The notes under the pieces were generated by a model, which was not told the origin of the DNA, ran no database searches, and saw nothing but the letters and a program-made list of their open reading frames with translations. The position numbers were made by a program, and so were the translations under genes. Of a DNA stretch of 26,850 nt, positions 22,010 through 26,850 are shown piece by piece. The stretch's first letter is position 1. Every line of letters begins with the position of its first letter. The stretch is from Octopus sinensis (Eukaryota): contig NW_021836476.1 of the NCBI RefSeq assembly GCF_006345805.1, positions 1-26,850 of the forward strand, written 5' to 3'.

Positions 22010-23910
22010 AACAATAGCGAAATTAGAAATCATTTCGAAACTGCAAACAAATAAATTTGTCAGAGAAGTGAAAACGGAAACGTAATGAAGGAAACTTAGT
22101 GGAGAAAGCATGATAGCGAAAATATGGTGGCGAAACGTATTGACAACAAACTGATGGCGAAAATATGATGGCAAAAATGTAATGGCGAAAATATAATGGC
22201 AAAAATATAATGGCAAAAATGTAATGGCGAAAATATAATGGCGAAAATATAATGGCAAAAATGTAATGGCGAAAATATAATGGCAAAAGTGTAATGGCGA
22301 AAATATAATGGCAAAAATATAATGGCAAAAATGTAATGGCGAAAATATAATGGCAAAAATATAATGGCAAAAATATAATGGCAAAAATGTAATGGCGAAA
22401 ATATAATGGCGAAAATATAATGGCAAAAATGTAATGGCGAAAATATAATGGCAAAAATGTAATGGCGAAAATATAATGGCAAAAATATAATGGCAAAAAT
22501 GTAATGGCGAAAATATAATGGCAAAAATATAATGGCAAAAATGTAATGGCGAAAATATAATGGTAAAAATATAATGGCAAAAATGTAATGGCGAAAATAT
22601 AATGGCAAAAATGTAATGGCGAAAATATAATGGCAAAAATATAATGGCGAAAATATAATGGCAAAAATGTAATGGCAAAAATGTAATGGCGAAAATATAA
22701 TGGCAAAAATATAATGGCAAAAATAAAATGACAAAAATGTAATGGCGAAAATATAATGGCAAAAATATAATGGCAAAAATGTAATGAAAAGGTCGAAACG
22801 TGATGGCGAAAAGGTAATGGCAAAAATCTATTGGCGAAATTATGATGGCAAAACAACGTTTTTATCGGGAACGTAATGATGGAAACGTAATAGAAAATTC
22901 GTGATGAAAATATAATGGCAAAAACATATTAGCGAAAACGTATTTGCGAAAATGTATTACGAAAACTTACTGGGAAAAACGTGATAACGAAAACGTAATG
23001 ACAAAACTGTAACAGTGAAAACATAATGACAAAACGTAATGGTGAAAACGTAATGACGAAAATGTAATGGCGAAAATGTGGTGGCAAAAACATTATAGCG
23101 AAAATATATTAACGAAAACATATTGACGAAAATCTAGTGGCGATAATTTAATGGCGAATATGTAATGGCGACAATGTGGTACAAAAACATTATAGCGAAA
23201 ATATATTAACGAAAACATATTGACGAAAATCTAGTGGCGATAATTTAATGGCGAATATGTAATGGCGACAATGTGGTGGCAAAAACATTATAGCGAAAAT
23301 ATATTAACGAAAACATTTTGATGAAAATCTAGTGGCGATAATTTAATGGCGAAAATGTAATGACGAAAATGTGGTGGCAAAAACATTACAGCGAAAATAT
23401 ATTAACGAAAACATTTTGATGAAAATCTAGTGGCGATAATTTAATGGCGAAAATGTAATGACGAAAATGTGGTGGCAAAAACATTACAGCGAAAATATAT
23501 TAACGAAAACATTTTGATGAAAATCTAGTGGCGATAATTTAATGGCGAAAACGTAATGGCGACAATGTGGTGGCAAAAACATTACAGCGAAAATATATTA
23601 ACGAAAACATATTGACGAAAATCTAGTGGCGATAATTTAATGGCGAATATGTAATGACGAAAATGTGGTGGCAAAAACATTACAGCGAAAATATATTAAC
23701 GAAAACATATTGACGAAAATCTAGTGGCGATAATTTAATAGCGAATATGTAATGACGAAAATGTGGTGGCAAAAACATTACAGCGAAAATATATTAACGA
23801 AAACATATTGACGAAAATCTAATGGCGATAATTTAATGGCGAATATGTAATGACGACAATTTGATGGTGAAAACGTAATGAAAATGTGAGGGCCAAAACG
23901 TAATGGCGAA
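22010..23910. repeat. 14-bp satellite: diverged edges, homogeneous AATGGC(A/G)AAAAT(A/G)T array (~22150-22785), and 98-bp higher-order repeat (23061-23857)
   Basis: The 14-bp period is directly visible. The TCTA(G/A)TGGCGATAAT marker occurs at 23133, 23230, 23328, 23426, 23524, 23622, 23720 and 23818 (spacing 97, then 98 six times). Confidence 0.95.
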
Positions 23911-24230
23911 ATGGTAATCGAGAGTTGGTTTTCTTAACATTGTCCCAACTGACGGCTGATTTTTAAGGTCTCTTTTTATTTTATCTTGCTTAATCTTCTG
24001 ATACTTGACCTCGTCATTTAGCATGAATTTCGGCCCAAAAGAAAATGAAACGGAAAGGTTCTTCTATGTTAAGCGTTGAGGTACATCAAAGGAGAGAGAA
24101 AGAGTTCCAATCCCCTAGGTTGATTAGCTGCAATATAAGGGAGAGGGAGGGTGCAGAGCAGTTTAGTAATGATTGATGGTTGCTGTCGGGGATTGAGGTG
24201 TTAGCGGGATTTTTACGGGGACGAAGTTCC

Positions 24231-24385
24231 TATAAATAAGAACGTAGATATAACGGCCGCAACAGTATTGGACGTTGATTGGTGGAGAGTTGATTCGGAA
24301 TGGGACGTATGAGTCGCTGATTGGTGGAAAGATGATGCAAACTTGCAGACGATTGTGTTAGTTAATAGCTGACGTTGATTTGGTC
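24231..24385. promoter_or_regulatory. TATA-like motif plus a cluster of inverted CCAAT boxes
   Basis: TATAAATA at 24231-24238. ATTGG at 24267-24271. TGATTGGTGGA at 24276-24286 and 24318-24328. GACGTTGATT at 24271 and 24371. No associated gene seen. Confidence 0.2.
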
Positions 24386-24794
24386 GAGAGAAGGCAGAGA
24401 CTAAATCAGAACTTAAGAGTAAATGAAGAGGCTATTAATGAAGAGGTTAATTAAAGTAACTATTAAAAGGAAATTTAATTAAAGTATGCCGTGTCTAGTT
24501 GTATGACTTTATTGTAACCAGATAGTTGTCTATCAAATGTCGCTTTTCCATTAATTATACGTATGGAGATTTTCAGTAATGAGTTCGCTGTGCTTATATT
24601 CTGTAATTAAGTACGACATTTTGCTATTTGCTAATTTCTGTTGCGCTTGCGTCTATTTTCTATGAACAATATAATAATAAATCAGCTTTTCTGCATCATT
24701 GATTTTTTTCCAATACCAGCCAAAATTCGGAAACTTGCTTTACCTTTAGTAACAATTGGTGCGGTATTAAAGTGCACTAAATAAATGGCTTTTG

Positions 24795-25365
24795 TTTTTG
24801 TTGAAATTGTTGGCGGTGGCGATGGTGCTCGTGTTGGTGGTGGTGGCGGTCGTGGGGTTGCTGTTGTTGTTGTTGTTGTTGTGGGAGCGGGAAGTGGTGG
24901 GGGTTACTAATCATGGTGGCGATAGGAGTAGCTGTGGTGGCGATAGGGGTAGTGGGTCACTAGTTGTGGAAGACGTCATAGTGATGATGGTGATAGGGGT
25001 ATGGTGGTCGTTTTGGTGGTAGAGCCAGTAGTGGTGCTGGTGATGTTGTTGGTGGTGATGATGGTGGTGGTCGAAGTTGAGACTAAATTTGATGATAGTG
25101 GCTATTGGTTATCGTAGTGTAGGTTGCTATTGACGGTGCTGTTTAGTAGAGGTGGTGGTGGTGGTCGTCGTCGTCGTCGTCGTCGTCATCGTGGTGCTGG
25201 TGGTCGTCGTGGTAGTGGTCGTCGTAGTGGTGCTGGTGGTCGTGGTCGTGGTGGTGCTGGTGGTGGTGCTGGTGGTGGTACTGGTGGCGGTGGCGGAGGT
25301 GGCAGCGGTGGTTTGAGGTGGCAGCGGTAGTGGTGGCGGTGGCGGCAGCTACAACTGTGGTGCTG
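24795..25365. repeat. Degenerate (GGT)n/(GTC)n/(GTT)n trinucleotide field
   Basis: Directly visible. Confidence 0.88.
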
Positions 25366-25369
25366 CTGC

Positions 25370-25651
25370 TGTGGTTTGCAGTGATGCTCTGATGGTTACT
25401 GTATTGAAAGTGTTCTGCGTAGGATGTGTGTAGTGCCCAGTAGTGCAATTTTCACTATGTTATATGTGTTTGTAAGTCCTGGTGTTTTTGTTATGTATTT
25501 GTCTGAATATTTCTTTATCATACCTAATGCATCCACTATGATAGGAATTGTTTCTGTTTTTAGATTCCACATTCGAGTTACCTCTATTTCCAGGTCTTTT
25601 TATTTTGAAAGTTTTTCCATTTCTTTTAGAGAAACGTTGTCATCTGTTGGT
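25370..25651 (-). pseudogene. 5'-truncated non-LTR retrotransposon with restriction-like endonuclease (R4/Dong-like): C-terminus and start of the 3' UTR
   Basis: 25650->25396, one frame: PTDDNVSLKEMEKLSK*KDLEIEVTRMWNLKTETIPIIVDALGMIKKYSDKYITKTPGLTNTYNIVKIALLGTTHILRRTLSIQ*. This fits the RLE C-terminal pattern (P..N....E.EK..KY..L..E...MW......IP..vGALG). One premature TAA at 25600-25602 replaces the conserved Tyr. Confidence 0.85.
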
Positions 25652-25839
25652 TGGGCTTTGTATTTTTCGTAGATCCCATGGTTACCGAGATAATCTACTG
25701 TAATAATACTCTTGTGTTTATGAATGAGGAAGGGGTGATAGATGAATTAGGAAGGAAGGGGTGATGGCATACTTGATAGTGTGATGATGAAAATTGCATG
25801 CTGAAAAAATAAATCAAACAGCGTTTCAACTCTGTGTGA

Positions 25840-25897
25840 ATATATGTGTGTGTATGCAAAAGGAGGGTATGTGAATGTGTGTGTGTGTGCGTGCGTG

Positions 25898-25956
<59 letters not shown>

Positions 25957-26334
25957 ATGTGCCCGCGTAATGCAAGTGGGATGGTTCACCTTTGTTCGCT
26001 TAGTATTTGGGTTTATTTTTTTATTTGGTTGGCTTTTTTGTTGTTGTTGGTCAGTTATTTTTAGCGTTTTGACAAAAAAGTCATTCTAAAATTGTTAATT
26101 ATTTTTTAACGTAAGCGAGCCCAAGCAAGTGAATGCTTACACAGAGCAGGTTTACAGCCACTCATCCAAACCGATCGAGTGTGAAAACCGAGATAGCTGC
26201 TAGTAGATATATATATGTGTGTGTGTGTGGTGTGGTGTGGGTGTGTGTGTGTGTGTGTGGTGTGTGTGTATATATATATATATACACTATATATTCTAAT
26301 AATAGTTATATTATATTCTAATATACATATATAT

Positions 26335-26370
<36 letters not shown>
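25840..26370. repeat. (TG)n tract (25840-25958) and (TG)n/(TA)n tract (26195-26370)
   Basis: Directly visible. Unique sequence lies between the tracts. Confidence 0.88.
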
Positions 26371-26372
<2 letters not shown>

Positions 26373-26392
26373 TAATAAATAGTTTAACCAGC

Positions 26393-26451
26393 TCCATATG
26401 ACGTTAAGTTTCGAGGACGCGTAGGACGAACCATCTCATGAGATATTTGAA
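26393..26451 (-). ncRNA. Degenerate type I hammerhead ribozyme motif (G5>C) inside a ~190-bp island bounded by TA repeats (26371-26556)
   Basis: Minus strand: TTCAAATAT CTCATGA GATGGTTCG TCCTA CGCGTCCTC GAAA CTTAACG TC ATATGGA. Stems I, II and III all fall in the correct order and the cleavage triplet is GUC. Confidence 0.5.
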
Positions 26452-26584
26452 TAGTAACAGATTTGTTTCTAAATGTTAGGTTTCTAGTAGTCACTTCAGA
26501 TTTCGTGATGCTAATACTGTGGAACCGACAGCAGTTTTTACTCTATTCTTAAGCGAACATATATATATGTTTGTATGCATACTT

Positions 26585-26622
26585 AAAGATAGACAGGCAC
26601 ATACAAATGCAAAAAAATAGAC

Positions 26623-26658
<36 letters not shown>

Positions 26659-26686
26659 CAGACAGACAGACAGAGATAGATAGATA

Positions 26687-26727
<41 letters not shown>

Positions 26728-26820
26728 CAGACAGGACAGACGCGACGGAACGGACGGACGGACGGACGGAAGACGGACGGACGGACAGACAGACAGGACA
26801 GACAGACAGATAGATAGATA
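26585..26820 (+). repeat. (GACA)n/(GATA)n/(GGAC)n array
   Basis: Directly visible. Confidence 0.95.
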
Positions 26821-26850
26821 TTGTTTCTTTATTAGCCACACAGGGCTGCA
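26821..26850 (-). mobile_element. Possible 3' end of an antisense family-B-type SINE continuing beyond the window
   Basis: TTCTTTATTAGCCACACAGGGCT resembles an Octopus SINE terminus as I recall it. Only 30 bp are visible. Confidence 0.3.

Noticed and set aside
21998-22856. Three long overlapping minus-strand ORFs (226-277 aa) with a 14-aa period
   Set aside because: Artefact of a stop-free 14-bp repeat (3 x 14 bp = 14 codons), which opens all three frames at once.
22150-23857. CRISPR-like array
   Set aside because: Contiguous tandem monomers with no unique spacers, in a eukaryotic context.

Overview
Eukaryotic, gene-free window dominated by microsatellites and decayed transposable elements. 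The SINE families look like those I recall from Octopus (cephalopod) genomes; this is an inference, not a database result. I find no credible host protein-coding exon. Almost all supplied ORFs are translations of simple repeats. Supported features: six copies of a tRNA/CORE-type SINE ('family A'), fragments of a second SINE ('family B'), a Tc2/pogo-type MITE with TIRs and TA target duplication (6906-7426), a decayed Merlin/IS1595-type transposase N-terminus (12529-12772), a Helentron/HINE-like element, and LINE coding remnants that the ORF track missed (R4/Dong-like endonuclease C-terminus, L1/Tx1-like ORF1 zinc knuckle, possible ORF2 pieces). Most interesting: (1) degenerate type I hammerhead-ribozyme folds in short, mutually unrelated islands between microsatellites, the best at 26393-26451 on the minus strand; (2) a 14-bp satellite that changes into a 98-bp, 7-monomer higher-order repeat; (3) a diverged ~680-bp fold-back inverted duplication with internal tandem units; (4) a GTCGA-N5-TCGAC stem-loop shared by both SINE families. 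All alignments and folds were done by eye and need computational confirmation.
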